NCBI GenBank assembly: GCA_037443035.1
Contig: JBBIPC010000010.1
Coordinates: 1-64,000, forward strand
Origin: Chthonomonadales bacterium
GTDB taxonomy: Bacteria; Armatimonadota; Chthonomonadetes; Chthonomonadales; CAJBBX01
Length of the DNA: 64,000 nt
Direction of reading: 5' to 3'
Under the pieces are notes generated by a model. That model was not told the origin of the DNA and ran no database searches. It saw only the letters and a list, made by a program, of their open reading frames with translations. Positions 8,566-18,564 of this stretch are shown here, piece after piece. Position 1 is the stretch's first letter. Each line of letters begins with the position of its first letter. The translations under genes and the position numbers were made by a program.

Positions 8566-11070
8566 CTAGCGCATTCTCGGCTCTTCGACAGCGCGGACGA
8601 AGGGCAGCGAGAGGAGCGCATCCAGCTTACTGGCATCTATCGTTCCGAGTAACAGTTTGCCCGTACGCAACTCGACTACGACGGCGAACCCGGTCGTCTT
8701 CAACTGCTTGAGACCATCCGCTGGTAGGTTGTTCAGCCACACCTGCACCTGTAATCTACCCTTGAAGCCCTTTGCGAGCTTCTCGCGCAAGGACTCGCTG
8801 AGTTTGGTTTGGCGGAGCAAGGTCCTCCTATCCGGCGAGGCTGGTGCGCTCCGTCCCTTCGCGGAGGATGCGTCGTGGAGGACTCTTGTCTCTTTCTCCT
8901 TTAGTTCGACAGAGCTCCGTCGTGCGAGGGTCTCTCGCATCGGTGCCGATGCCGCGTAGCCGCCACCTCCTAGACCTGCACTGGCGGGAGTGGCCATGAG
9001 CGCCACACCACCTGCCGGCATGCGCGAGCGTGCGAGCCCCGAGTCCAGCCGGTCCTCTGCGCCAAAGATCCCTTCGTAGGAAACGCCCTCCGGCATCTCG
9101 ATGGGAACGTCCACGGTCCGCTGTCTGCCACCGACATTCACGACTTTCTGTTCGACCGCGACGAAGGAGGTATACTGGCTTATGAGACGGTACTCCAGCG
9201 CTAGCCGAACAATGGCGTCCTTGATGGCAAGCTTCGGATTGCCAGTCTGAGCCCCGACCCAGTCCTGGCGCTGCAGATCCTCGATCTTCTCCCGCGCCCA
9301 GAGCGTGGCGATGGCGCTCCCCTCGCGATCTACCGGTGGTAACGTTACTGGCATGCGCCGGCTCCAGGGACGACCACGTAGGAGTCCACTGATCGTGACG
9401 AAGCCGTCGGCGGCATGTGTATAGCGGCCCTTGACAATCACCGGACCCGCCGAGAAGACGTCGGGGATATAGCGAGGATAGACCTCTTCCACAGGTAGCC
9501 CTCCCCACTCTATGTTCACATCCAAGAGCAGGGGACTAGCGATCCTGCGGTAGAACTTCGCGGCGTGCTCCGCACCGTCCTCGTTGAGCAGCACGTAGTC
9601 GGGCATACCCTTGCCTTCGCGCGCCATGCCTTCGATGAGAAACCGGTTGACGGAATTGCCGATGCCTATGGGGAACATCCGCGCCTGGCCACGATGCTTA
9701 CCCACGTACTCGATAATCTGCATGTCATTGCCCACGTAGCCATCGGTCATGTAGCAGACGATGCGCAGGCGACCTGGATCGGCCGGAATACTCAGCGCAT
9801 AATCCACGGACTTGAGGATGTCTGTGCCACCGCTTCCCTCGATCGGCTCCAACCACCGCAATGCCTTCTCGATGTTCGACCTGTTGGCCGGGACCGGCTT
9901 CGGGAAACACGGGTACACATCGGTATTGAACCCGATCAGCTGGAATGTGTCGCCGGGGTTGAGGTTCTCGAGGCAATAGGCCATGGTCTCCTTTGCCTTC
10001 TTGATGGGCCAGCCGCTCTGAGAGCCGGTCTGGTCGATTACGAAGATCATCTCCTTCGGCGAGACCATGTCCTGGGGCGGAGCCGCCGGCGGCTGCATGA
10101 TGAGCGTGAAGTAGCCGCCGGGCTGACCAGGCTTGACGTAGGTAAGAATGCCCTCAGCCAGTTCAGAACCCGCGGCCGAGTAGCGCAGAACGAAGTCCTT
10201 GTTGGGGATGGTCCTGGCGTTCTTGAGCCTGACGACGGCGCGCATGGGGTCCACGCGACGGATTTCGACGTCATGGAGGGCGGAACGGATGTCCTGTAGT
10301 GGGAGACCAGCATCGAGATTCACCGTGAGCGAGATATCATGCCCTGCGCGTGTTCCTGGCGGTGTTATGGGAGGCGTTATCTTGTCTGCATCCGTCACCA
10401 CCGATGTATTGCCCGGGTCCTCGTAGATGATCGGTCTGTCGCTCGGCTTGCCTCGTTCGCCGGGCCGCCGATACCCTCCCGAGGGTGTGTAGCGGGGGCC
10501 GACTACCATGGGGAACGTGAACTCGTACCGTCCCTCTTCGTACTTCAGCAGGTTCACGTAGCTGATGGTGATCTTGATGTCGCTGCCTGGCATGATGTTG
10601 GCCACGGACTGGGTGAAGATATTCGGGCGTTCCTGGTCGAGAAGCGCTGCCGACTGCCCGCGCGCCTTGGCTTCCTCGTAGACCTGGCGTGCGTCTTCGC
10701 GACGCATGATCGTGCCCTTGATCACACGATTGCCGATCACCATTGTCATATCATCCACCGCCGCATCGTCCGGCAGGGGGAAGGTGTAGACGGCTTCGAT
10801 GGGCTCCTTCGAAGGGTTGGCGAACTGCTGTGTGACGGTAACACGCGAAACATACCCAGCAATGTCCGCTACAACGTCCGTGTGCTTGAGAGGGCAGAAG
10901 CCTGCCGGCTTGCCATTCTTGTCGAGAATCTGAAGCGAACCGGATGTGGGTTCTGGTGATGCTGCGGCGCCAGCGGAGCGACTCTGCCGTAGCGCCGGCG
11001 AGATGGCTGCGGCCATAGCACATGCCACTGCGACGAGTGTGCCGATGATGGAGTACTTGCGTCGTTGCAT
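8566..11070 (-). CDS. Exported VIT (vault/inter-alpha-trypsin) + vWA domain protein
   Basis: PLKHTDV..IEAVYTFPLP..A.LLDQERPNIF VIT domain; vWA with DQTGS MIDAS variant, GGTD and MTDG; LISQYTSFVAVE. Confidence 0.92.
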   Translation of the reverse strand: MQRRKYSIIGTLVAVACAMAAAISPALRQSRSAGAAASPEPTSGSLQILDKNGKPAGFCPLKHTDVVADIAGYVSRVTVTQQFANPSKEPIEAVYTFPLPDDAAVDDMTMVIGNRVIKGTIMRREDARQVYEEAKARGQSAALLDQERPNIFTQSVANIMPGSDIKITISYVNLLKYEEGRYEFTFPMVVGPRYTPSGGYRRPGERGKPSDRPIIYEDPGNTSVVTDADKITPPITPPGTRAGHDISLTVNLDAGLPLQDIRSALHDVEIRRVDPMRAVVRLKNARTIPNKDFVLRYSAAGSELAEGILTYVKPGQPGGYFTLIMQPPAAPPQDMVSPKEMIFVIDQTGSQSGWPIKKAKETMAYCLENLNPGDTFQLIGFNTDVYPCFPKPVPANRSNIEKALRWLEPIEGSGGTDILKSVDYALSIPADPGRLRIVCYMTDGYVGNDMQIIEYVGKHRGQARMFPIGIGNSVNRFLIEGMAREGKGMPDYVLLNEDGAEHAAKFYRRIASPLLLDVNIEWGGLPVEEVYPRYIPDVFSAGPVIVKGRYTHAADGFVTISGLLRGRPWSRRMPVTLPPVDREGSAIATLWAREKIEDLQRQDWVGAQTGNPKLAIKDAIVRLALEYRLISQYTSFVAVEQKVVNVGGRQRTVDVPIEMPEGVSYEGIFGAEDRLDSGLARSRMPAGGVALMATPASAGLGGGGYAASAPMRETLARRSSVELKEKETRVLHDASSAKGRSAPASPDRRTLLRQTKLSESLREKLAKGFKGRLQVQVWLNNLPADGLKQLKTTGFAVVVELRTGKLLLGTIDASKLDALLSLPFVRAVEEPRMR

Positions 11071-11113
11071 GGAAACACCGTTCCTTTCTGCCTCGGGCAA
11101 GTGCCGTTGGCGG

Positions 11114-12340
11114 CTAGGGTCCGCTGGACAGAAGCCAGCCTTCCGTGAGCTTCAGCTCGGTCTGCCCGACGTTGTCGAGTTGGCGGGTCAAGGCGGTCGG
11201 CTCGCCCATCATAGATATCCCTCGTTCGCGAGCGATGACGCTAAGGCGAGGCGGCCGCATGAGCGCTGCACCTCCGAACCCACCTACTGCCGGCGTCCGC
11301 GCCTTTTCGGCCGCGCCATCGGGACTCGAGTCACTGCGACCTGTCGAACGGGCTATCGCCACGTAGTGAGGCGCACCTGGATCGGTGCGAGACAGCTCCC
11401 AGCGCACCATCAGGACGCGAGCCATCTGGCGCAGGAGTTCGCCCAGCGGCTTGTCGGAGCAGTAGATCGCCAAGGACCGGCGTGCCGCGTCATCGGGCAA
11501 GGATATGTCCACGCCTGTTCTCGATCGGAGGACGCCGGCCAAGTCCGCGACGCTGATCGCATCCTCTTCAAGAGTAAGGCGCACGGCAAGACGGCTATCG
11601 GCGAAACGCTCGGTGGACGCCTTCGAGTCTGGCGCAGCCACAGCAGCGCCGTTAAGGTAGGCCAGATCAGATGCGGAAGGCAGCTCACGATCAGCCATCG
11701 ACTCCTCGACGGCGTCACCGGATCTCCGTGCGAGTCGACCTGGCACCGCACCGCTCTTGATAGCAGCTCCTTCGGACTGAGGCGCACGTGCAGGGCCGCC
11801 CGGTATGCTGGACGGAGGTGCGGGAGCAGTTGCCATCCTCGGGGGGGCCAGATTGGGCGTCGCAGCTGGTGACGAGGAAGCGTGCGATTTCTTGTCCGGT
11901 AGGGCCGGGACTGCATGCGGCGCGGCCGCTCTCGTGGTTGCCGGAGCCGACTCGGCGAACCGGTGCCGGTGAAGCTCAGCACTGTTGCGGGCGGCGCCCC
12001 CGATGTACTCGGCGGGCTTCGACGTAACTGGCGGCTGCCCGACCTTCGAAGCTCGGGGAGTCTCGTCCCTCAGTCCGGACGGCGGCAGACCTATGCGGTT
12101 TCGCACCACGATGAACACGGTCAGGATGGCAGCGATACCCAGGACAGCAGGCCGAAGAATCCTGTACGATCGTGGCCATGTGAGCCAACTCCGCCACGGA
12201 ATCCGGCCCTCCGCTCGAGATGCTTCTGCTACCCACCGCTCCAGGGCACGCGACGCCATGCCCTCGGGCGTAGGGGCTTCCTCCAGAGGTCGCAGGATGG
12301 CTCGGGTCTCGTCAGGCGTCATGGGACGGTCCCGACGCAT
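11114..12340 (-). CDS. Putative single-pass anti-sigma factor with Pro/Ala linker and STN-like extracytoplasmic domain
   Basis: Starts 5 nt after the ECF stop; short N-terminal domain, TM helix AVLGIAAILTVFIVV, low-complexity linker, DSRLAVRLTL...TGVDI...PLGELL...W segment. Confidence 0.6.
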   Translation of the reverse strand: MRRDRPMTPDETRAILRPLEEAPTPEGMASRALERWVAEASRAEGRIPWRSWLTWPRSYRILRPAVLGIAAILTVFIVVRNRIGLPPSGLRDETPRASKVGQPPVTSKPAEYIGGAARNSAELHRHRFAESAPATTRAAAPHAVPALPDKKSHASSSPAATPNLAPPRMATAPAPPSSIPGGPARAPQSEGAAIKSGAVPGRLARRSGDAVEESMADRELPSASDLAYLNGAAVAAPDSKASTERFADSRLAVRLTLEEDAISVADLAGVLRSRTGVDISLPDDAARRSLAIYCSDKPLGELLRQMARVLMVRWELSRTDPGAPHYVAIARSTGRSDSSPDGAAEKARTPAVGGFGGAALMRPPRLSVIARERGISMMGEPTALTRQLDNVGQTELKLTEGWLLSSGP

Positions 12341-12345
12341 ATCAG

Positions 12346-12924
12346 TTAGCCTCCCTCCTGGGCCATGCGCCATCGGCCCAGCGCCAGCCGACCGCGGTAC
12401 AGCTCATTCTCGACGCGCTTTGCGCTGCAGCGCATGGCTTCCGCGATCTCCCGCACGCTCCAGCCCTCCACATCCTTCAGGAGAATGGCTGCACGCTGGC
12501 TGGGCGTCAACACCGCGAGCGCTGCCAGCGCCTGGATGTACCCCACCGCCGTATCCTCCAGAGGCGGATCCTTCGACGCCGCCGTCTCGGCGATCTCTAG
12601 CGGCACTGCGGCCTTCCGCGAGCGCTTCCATTCGAGACAGACGTTCACTGCAATCCTCTGAAGCCAAGTTCTCACCGAGGCATCACCCCGGAACGCTCCC
12701 AGACCGCGGAGGGCTCGAAGGAACGTCTCCTGAACCGCGTCCTCGGCTTCCTCGGCGTGTCGGAGTATGCCGAGACACAAAACGTAGAGAGGACGTTCAT
12801 GAGGCGCAAGCAGACGCTCGAGCGCAATGCGATCACCCGCCCGGCAAGCCGCCAATAGCTCTTTGTCGGCAGTGACCCTCTCTGCGTGGCCACCGTCCGC
12901 GTGCCGCGTCTCCGCGATCTGCAC
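12346..12924 (-). CDS. ECF RNA polymerase sigma factor
   Basis: EAEDAVQETFLRA, FRGDASVRTWLQRIAVN and EGWSVREIAEAM; GTG start after AGGAGGGAGG. Confidence 0.93.
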   Translation of the reverse strand: MQIAETRHADGGHAERVTADKELLAACRAGDRIALERLLAPHERPLYVLCLGILRHAEEAEDAVQETFLRALRGLGAFRGDASVRTWLQRIAVNVCLEWKRSRKAAVPLEIAETAASKDPPLEDTAVGYIQALAALAVLTPSQRAAILLKDVEGWSVREIAEAMRCSAKRVENELYRGRLALGRWRMAQEGG

Positions 12925-13023
12925 GCGCTGCCTCCCTCCTGGCTCTTCTGAAGACTTAGACGATGGCACCTGGCGGAATCACTACCTGCAGGCCCAGGAT
13001 CCTTATCGGAGAAAGCCGGATAC

Positions 13024-14211
13024 TCAGTGGAGGAGCAAGAGCGCCATCTTGCGGAACTCGTCCTCACGCGGCAGGCGACGATAGCGGCGTTGGAACTCGG
13101 CGACGCTGCGCTTGGCGTCGCGATAGTAACGCTCGTGGAGATTGTAGACGGGCTGCTTCACGCCCTGATCGTCTATCATCCAGAAACCGCGGTGCTTACC
13201 GTCCACTTTCTCGTTGCAGTACATTTCCCAGTAGAGGGCGAAGCGACAGCCCCACTCGATAGCGGCCCGTCCCACGGCTCTGGAAAGCTCTGCCTGCTTC
13301 TCCGGCGTGTGGTACTGGCGTGGGAAACCGTACTCACCGATAAAGACCCGTCGTCCTTGGATGCCTGGTTTCCGAGGCAGCCTCGATTCGACGTAGTCGA
13401 GCGCGTTCTTGAGTCGCTCCCCCACGGTGGTGGGGTCATTCGTCAGGGAATCGTAGCTGGAGTAGGAAACAAAGTCCACGGTGGTGTGGGGCAATACATC
13501 GTTGGTCAGGGTCTTGCCGCCACGCATGGCCTTCTGAACGAGATTGACCTCTGTATAGCCGTACACGTCGATCTGACGATGCTTGACGTCGCGCTTGGCA
13601 TCCTCGATCGCCCGCTGGCGAACGTTCAACCAATCCGTCATCCCCTGGATGGCCTTCTCTGAAGGATCCTTCGAAGGATCGTAGGAGGGGTGCAGATGCC
13701 AATCACCTTCCCAGTGGCCCAGGTAGAACGTCTTGCCTGTGCCCTGGAACGTTCGAAGGAGGTACGTAGTCAGGTCGTACATCTGCCGGTAAGTCTTCTC
13801 GCTCTCGTCCGGTGATAGGCCATCGGCCCACCAGCCGGCGTCGAACGGGTAGACCCAGAGAAGAATGTGGCTGAAAGGCATCTGCAGCACGGCTCGAAAC
13901 GAAGGCTGGTCGCGAACCAGGTCCAGGGGCGAGCGGATGCGCGGATCAAATGCAATGCCCTCGTACTGCTTGGCGTAGTTCTGCTCCAGACTGATCTTGA
14001 GGATGTTGGAGCCCATCTGGAGGATGGCTCTGGACGTTTCCACGAGGACATCCTCGTTGGTGAAGCGGTACTTGGAGCCAATCGTCTGCGTGCCAAGAAT
14101 GTAGTTGTACTGTTCCGCGTTCCGATCCACGGGCGATGGCGGCAAAGCAACGCCTGCAAGGATGACGGGGCTCCACGCACACAGGAAAGCCAACCCTAGA
14201 CACCTGCCCAT
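13024..14211 (-). CDS. Secreted hypothetical protein, possible GH-A-clan-like TIM barrel
   Basis: Hydrophobic N-terminus; GHWEGDW, VDFVSYSSYD, FIGEYG and LYWEMY spacing resembles glycoside hydrolases. Confidence 0.65.
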   Translation of the reverse strand: MGRCLGLAFLCAWSPVILAGVALPPSPVDRNAEQYNYILGTQTIGSKYRFTNEDVLVETSRAILQMGSNILKISLEQNYAKQYEGIAFDPRIRSPLDLVRDQPSFRAVLQMPFSHILLWVYPFDAGWWADGLSPDESEKTYRQMYDLTTYLLRTFQGTGKTFYLGHWEGDWHLHPSYDPSKDPSEKAIQGMTDWLNVRQRAIEDAKRDVKHRQIDVYGYTEVNLVQKAMRGGKTLTNDVLPHTTVDFVSYSSYDSLTNDPTTVGERLKNALDYVESRLPRKPGIQGRRVFIGEYGFPRQYHTPEKQAELSRAVGRAAIEWGCRFALYWEMYCNEKVDGKHRGFWMIDDQGVKQPVYNLHERYYRDAKRSVAEFQRRYRRLPREDEFRKMALLLLH

Positions 14212-14217
14212 GGGCGC

Positions 14218-14223
14218 ATTATA
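14218..14223 (-). promoter_or_regulatory. -10 element 6 nt upstream of ATG (candidate leaderless transcript)
   Basis: TATAAT-GCGCCC-ATG on the minus strand, no RBS. Confidence 0.55.
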
Positions 14224-14316
14224 CCGACGTACGGGTTCCGAAGGAGGCAGGAAACGCACGCGTCCTCATGCAACAATGGACCATCACGGATCCGGCTTTG
14301 CGAAAGAGGGACTGCC

Positions 14317-15336
14317 ATGGCCGCCACACCACGCGAACTGGTCTATCAGACACTGAACTTCGAGAAACCTTCCCGAGCACCGCGGCAGCTATGGCTCCTG
14401 CCCTGGGCAGAGGAGAGGTATCCGGCCGAGGTAGCCGCTATTCGACAGGAGTACCCGGACGACATCCAGGGCATCTCGGGCCACCACCGGGTGCTGCCTC
14501 GCACCGTCGGTAGCCCTCATGCCGTGGGCGAATACAGCGACGAATGGGGAGCCACCTTCCACAACATTCAAGCCGGGGTCATCGGCGAGGTAAAGCACCC
14601 GCTGGTCCGGGACTGGGAGACCGACGTCGGGCGCGTCCATATCCCCAAGGAGTTACTCACGATAGACAGGGACGCTGTGAACCGTGACTGCGCCGCGACC
14701 GATCGGTTCACCATGGCCGGCGCGTGCCCGCGCCCCTTCGAGCAACTACAGTTCCTCAGGGGTACGGAGAACCTCTATCTGGACCTTTTGGATCCTCCCG
14801 GGGCCCTGCTCGATTTCCTTCATAGCATGCACACATTCTACTGCGAGCTGCTCGAGGTCTGGGCAGCGACCGACGTGGACTCTCTTATGTTCATGGATGA
14901 TTGGGGTTCGCAGAACTCGCTCTTGATCCGACCACAGATCTGGCGCGAGATCTTTCGACCCCTATACCGCGACTACATAGACATTGCGCATGGTGCAGGC
15001 AAGAAGATCTTCATGCACTCGGATGGCAACACGCTCGCCATCTATCCAGAGATGGTAGAGCTTGGTCTGGATGCGTTCAATACCCAGCTCTTCTGCATAG
15101 GTGTCGAGAACCTACGACCCTATGCCGGCAAGATCACGTTCTGGGGCGAGATTGACCGTCAGTGGCTATTGCCGCACGGCACGCTCGAGGACATTGACGC
15201 AGCAGTCAGGGGTGTTCACGCGAATCTCTGGGCCAATGGCGGGTGTATCGCCCAGTGCGAGTTCGGCGCTGGAGCCAAGCCGGAGAACGTTCGGCAGGTC
15301 TTCGCGAGTTGGGATGCCATTACCAGTGGGTGCTGA
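14317..15336 (+). CDS. Uroporphyrinogen decarboxylase / MtaA-CmuA-like family protein
   Basis: DEWG, FLRGTENLY, DDWGSQ, HSDGN, FWGEIDRQ and KPENV. Confidence 0.88.
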   Translation: MAATPRELVYQTLNFEKPSRAPRQLWLLPWAEERYPAEVAAIRQEYPDDIQGISGHHRVLPRTVGSPHAVGEYSDEWGATFHNIQAGVIGEVKHPLVRDWETDVGRVHIPKELLTIDRDAVNRDCAATDRFTMAGACPRPFEQLQFLRGTENLYLDLLDPPGALLDFLHSMHTFYCELLEVWAATDVDSLMFMDDWGSQNSLLIRPQIWREIFRPLYRDYIDIAHGAGKKIFMHSDGNTLAIYPEMVELGLDAFNTQLFCIGVENLRPYAGKITFWGEIDRQWLLPHGTLEDIDAAVRGVHANLWANGGCIAQCEFGAGAKPENVRQVFASWDAITSGC

Positions 15337-15337
15337 G

Positions 15338-16381
15338 ATGGCCGAGCGCTATCGAACTCCTCCCTCCACCGAACTGGAGCTGATGGAGCGGTTGACCGAG
15401 CCCACCGACGCCACCGTGGAGGCCGTGCGGCAGCTCGAGGGCGATGTTCTCATCCTTGGCGCTGGGGGCAAGATTGGGCCGAGTCTGGCTCTGCTCCTTC
15501 ATCGTAGCCTCCTCAAGGCGGGCTCCCGCCACAGGGTGGTTTGTGTGAGTCGCTTTTCGGATGCCTCCACAGCAATGATGCTGGGCCGCGCAGGCATTCG
15601 CACCATCGCCACGGATCTCCTCAACAGACGCGATTTGGAGCGGCTCCCTGACGCGCCTTACGTCTACTACCTGGCTGGCATGAAGTTCGGTGCGACATCG
15701 AGACCTGCTCTCACGTGGGCGATGAACACTCTCCTTCCTTATCTGGTTGCGGAACGCTACCGCAGATCGCGCCTGATCGCCCTATCCACGGGCAATGTGT
15801 ACCCGCTGGTTCGTCCTGAGACAGGTGGTGCGTCGGAGGAGACTCCGCCAGATCCGGTAGGTGAGTATGCCCAAACCTGCCTTGGGCGGGAGCGGATGCT
15901 GGAGTACGTATCCGAGACCAGCGGGACTCCCGTGCTGATTGTGCGCCTGAACTATGCGTGTGACCTGCGATATGGTGTGCCCGTAGACATCGCTGTGAAG
16001 GTCCAGGCCGGAGCACCGGTGGACGTTTCCATGGGATACTTCAACGTCCTATGGCAGGGGGACGTAAACGCGGTGCTGATTCGCGCTCACGGGCTGTGCG
16101 CAACGCCGCCTTCTGTGCTCAACGTGACTGGCCCCGACATAGTCTCGGTACGAGGGGCTGCCGAGCGTCTTGCCACTAGTATGGACCTGCCGACACCACA
16201 TTTCGAGGGCGTGGAAGCGGAAACGGCGTTGTTAAGCGATGCAGCGAAGTGCTGGAGTATGTTCGGACCTCCGACGGTCAGCACCGAGACGTTGCTGGAT
16301 TGGACGGCCCACTGGGTATCTGTGGGCGGCCCGCTTCTCGGCAGGCCGACGCATTTCGAAGTCCGGGACGGCCGCTTCTAG
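15338..16381 (+). CDS. NAD-dependent epimerase/dehydratase family protein
   Basis: ILGAGGKIG, AGMKFG, STGNVY, GEYAQTCLGRER and RLNYA; starts 1 nt after the upstream stop. Confidence 0.9.
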   Translation: MAERYRTPPSTELELMERLTEPTDATVEAVRQLEGDVLILGAGGKIGPSLALLLHRSLLKAGSRHRVVCVSRFSDASTAMMLGRAGIRTIATDLLNRRDLERLPDAPYVYYLAGMKFGATSRPALTWAMNTLLPYLVAERYRRSRLIALSTGNVYPLVRPETGGASEETPPDPVGEYAQTCLGRERMLEYVSETSGTPVLIVRLNYACDLRYGVPVDIAVKVQAGAPVDVSMGYFNVLWQGDVNAVLIRAHGLCATPPSVLNVTGPDIVSVRGAAERLATSMDLPTPHFEGVEAETALLSDAAKCWSMFGPPTVSTETLLDWTAHWVSVGGPLLGRPTHFEVRDGRF

Positions 16382-18564
16382 GGCGTCTCGCCGGATGCTG
16401 CGCCGGTCTCTCGAGCGTGTTCCTCACGAAACTCCTGCAACCGGCGTTGGGCCTCATCGGCCTCACGGTTGGCTCCGGTGCGACGAAGACACGGAGGAAG
16501 CTGCGTCAGGACCCATTCGTAGCGTGCCACGGCTTCCCGCATGGCCTCCTCAGGTACGCGCAGTCGGACCAGAGTATCGTTCCGAACGCGCCAAAGCTCA
16601 CCCAGGACGTTCTCGGCGCTCTGCAGCATGGGAACAGCTTCGGCGTGGTGTCGGCTGTTGATCCGCGTCTCGGCAATGGCAGCGTAGGCGATACCGTATT
16701 CCCAGTCCGGCACCTCCGGCACCGCCCGTATTTGGCCAACCGGCCCCTGATGCAGGACGATCATCTCGCGATAGACACGATCCGCGTCTTCCGATCGCCC
16801 CGACGCTCGATAGGCGTCTGCCAGCGCCAACAGCGCGCGAAGACGATGGGGATCAGCCTCGCGGGCCTTCTCCAAGTACTTGACAGCCTCCGCGGGCTCT
16901 CCTGCAGAGATCAGGTACCGGCCCAGGCGGTAGTACGTCTTGCCGCCAGGAGCGACTCGCACAGCCCGCAGGAGCTCGGCACGTGCTGGATCGGCCTCGT
17001 TCAGTCGGTCGTGGATGGCAGCCATGGCGAGATGTGGTTCCGGGTCGAGAGGATTCAGCCGAGCAGCACTACCGAACGCGTCGAGAGCACCGATTACATC
17101 CTGGGAAGCCAGCGCGTTCGCGGCGCTTACGGTGCGGGTCCGCGCGAGAAAGAGCCGTCCCGCGCCAACGAGGAGTGTCAGGCCAACAATAGCCGTCAGT
17201 GGTGCCCAGAGTACCCTCGGAATGATCAGCGATCTCCCCTTGGCGCTGTGGCCGCCGGCAATAGACGCGCGCCGGCCGAGTGCGACGAGGGAGCCGCATG
17301 TTGCAGCGAGAACAACGGCGTTGGCCGGCACGTACAAGTCGGAATCGAAAACGTTGTGAGCCATGGCGCCAACGACGCCAGCGAGAAGGCCAGCGGTCAG
17401 CAATCGCTCGTCGCCCAGCGGCCAATCTTCCCGGAGGGGTGCCCGCAAGGCAGACATGCCGACGATGCACGCCGCCACGATCCCCAACACAAGGAAGATA
17501 AGCCCCGGCAAGCCTGTATCGCAAGCCCACTGCAGGAAACTGTTGTGGGCATGCTGCGTATAGCCCACGATGGAGTAGCGGGGGTACACCGTATCGAACG
17601 AACCGGTCCCCGTACCCAGCAAGGGTCGCTCTGTCACTATACGCCGAGCACCTTGCCATGTCATCACCCGGAAGCGCGCAGAGTACGACTGATCTTTCGA
17701 TGCCTGCAAACGTCGGACGACCGGGCCAGCTCCCACGATACCGGCAGCGACGATCACGACCGACAAGACCCATGCTCGGCGCGCGACGGTGCCCTTGAGT
17801 GCACCAGACCACACGGCGCCAGCCAGGAAAGCAATGCCGCCGATGACAAGCGCAGCGACGCCAAGTCGGGATTGGGTGAGGAGCATCGTCAGCGTCTGAA
17901 GAACGAGGAGGAACCCCACCGCAAGAGTGCTCAGACGGTCGCGCACGCTCAGGAATAGGGCGGCGCTGACTGGCAGAACTGTCACGAACAGACCTGCGAG
18001 GAAGTTCGGTACGGCGAAGCCTGCGAAAACGCGCCAGCCAGGATTCCCAACGCGCCACTCCATGAGGTACTCCCTCAGTCCGATCACGGAGAGAAGGAGA
18101 CCAACGGCCAGCAACCCGAGGAGAACCGATGCGAGAACCCACGGGCTCCTAGAGGCCGCTCCGACGATCACGGCGATGCCCACCGCCAGGGCCAAGAGCC
18201 CCAGGGCAACGAGACCCGACAGCAGGTTGGGTGTGCCTATGACACGAAGTGCCGACCACGCGACAAGAATCACTGCCGTGAGCCCAGCGACCCCATGCCA
18301 GTCGAGGCGCAACGCTGCGGATCGGCTATCGGTGACGGCCCACAAGAGCAGTGCCAACGAGACGAGTACCGCACTGAGAGGCGCCGCCACGGCATCCAAC
18401 CATGCGCGCATCTCCGTGGCAGGCATGCGGTCGTAGAGCATTCCGGCCTTCGTGCCGCAGAGAAAGACGGCCAGACACACTAGGCAGGTCGCTGCGTTCC
18501 CGAATGCTCGCTCCCTCTTCAGTCGTCGCTCGGACGAGTGATCGGCAATCCGTGGTCGTTTCAT
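16378..18564 (-). CDS. O-antigen ligase (Wzy_C) family membrane protein with C-terminal TPR repeats
   Basis: About 12 TM helices, PNFLAG, TQSRLG, R...W, PLLGTGTGSF and HAHNSFLQ; helical TPR-like tail; ATGA overlap. Confidence 0.88.
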   Translation of the reverse strand: MKRPRIADHSSERRLKRERAFGNAATCLVCLAVFLCGTKAGMLYDRMPATEMRAWLDAVAAPLSAVLVSLALLLWAVTDSRSAALRLDWHGVAGLTAVILVAWSALRVIGTPNLLSGLVALGLLALAVGIAVIVGAASRSPWVLASVLLGLLAVGLLLSVIGLREYLMEWRVGNPGWRVFAGFAVPNFLAGLFVTVLPVSAALFLSVRDRLSTLAVGFLLVLQTLTMLLTQSRLGVAALVIGGIAFLAGAVWSGALKGTVARRAWVLSVVIVAAGIVGAGPVVRRLQASKDQSYSARFRVMTWQGARRIVTERPLLGTGTGSFDTVYPRYSIVGYTQHAHNSFLQWACDTGLPGLIFLVLGIVAACIVGMSALRAPLREDWPLGDERLLTAGLLAGVVGAMAHNVFDSDLYVPANAVVLAATCGSLVALGRRASIAGGHSAKGRSLIIPRVLWAPLTAIVGLTLLVGAGRLFLARTRTVSAANALASQDVIGALDAFGSAARLNPLDPEPHLAMAAIHDRLNEADPARAELLRAVRVAPGGKTYYRLGRYLISAGEPAEAVKYLEKAREADPHRLRALLALADAYRASGRSEDADRVYREMIVLHQGPVGQIRAVPEVPDWEYGIAYAAIAETRINSRHHAEAVPMLQSAENVLGELWRVRNDTLVRLRVPEEAMREAVARYEWVLTQLPPCLRRTGANREADEAQRRLQEFREEHARETGAASGETP

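Noticed and set aside
12349..12942. Repeated CCAGGAGGGAGGC upstream of the ECF and anti-sigma genes as an operator
   Set aside because: Explained by strong Shine-Dalgarno sequences
16249..17958. 569-aa plus-strand ORF and similar long antisense or alternate-frame ORFs (e.g. 7195-8256, 31794-32954, 36785-37984, 41601-42788)
   Set aside because: Shadow frames of well-supported genes in high-GC DNA, with no recognisable motifs
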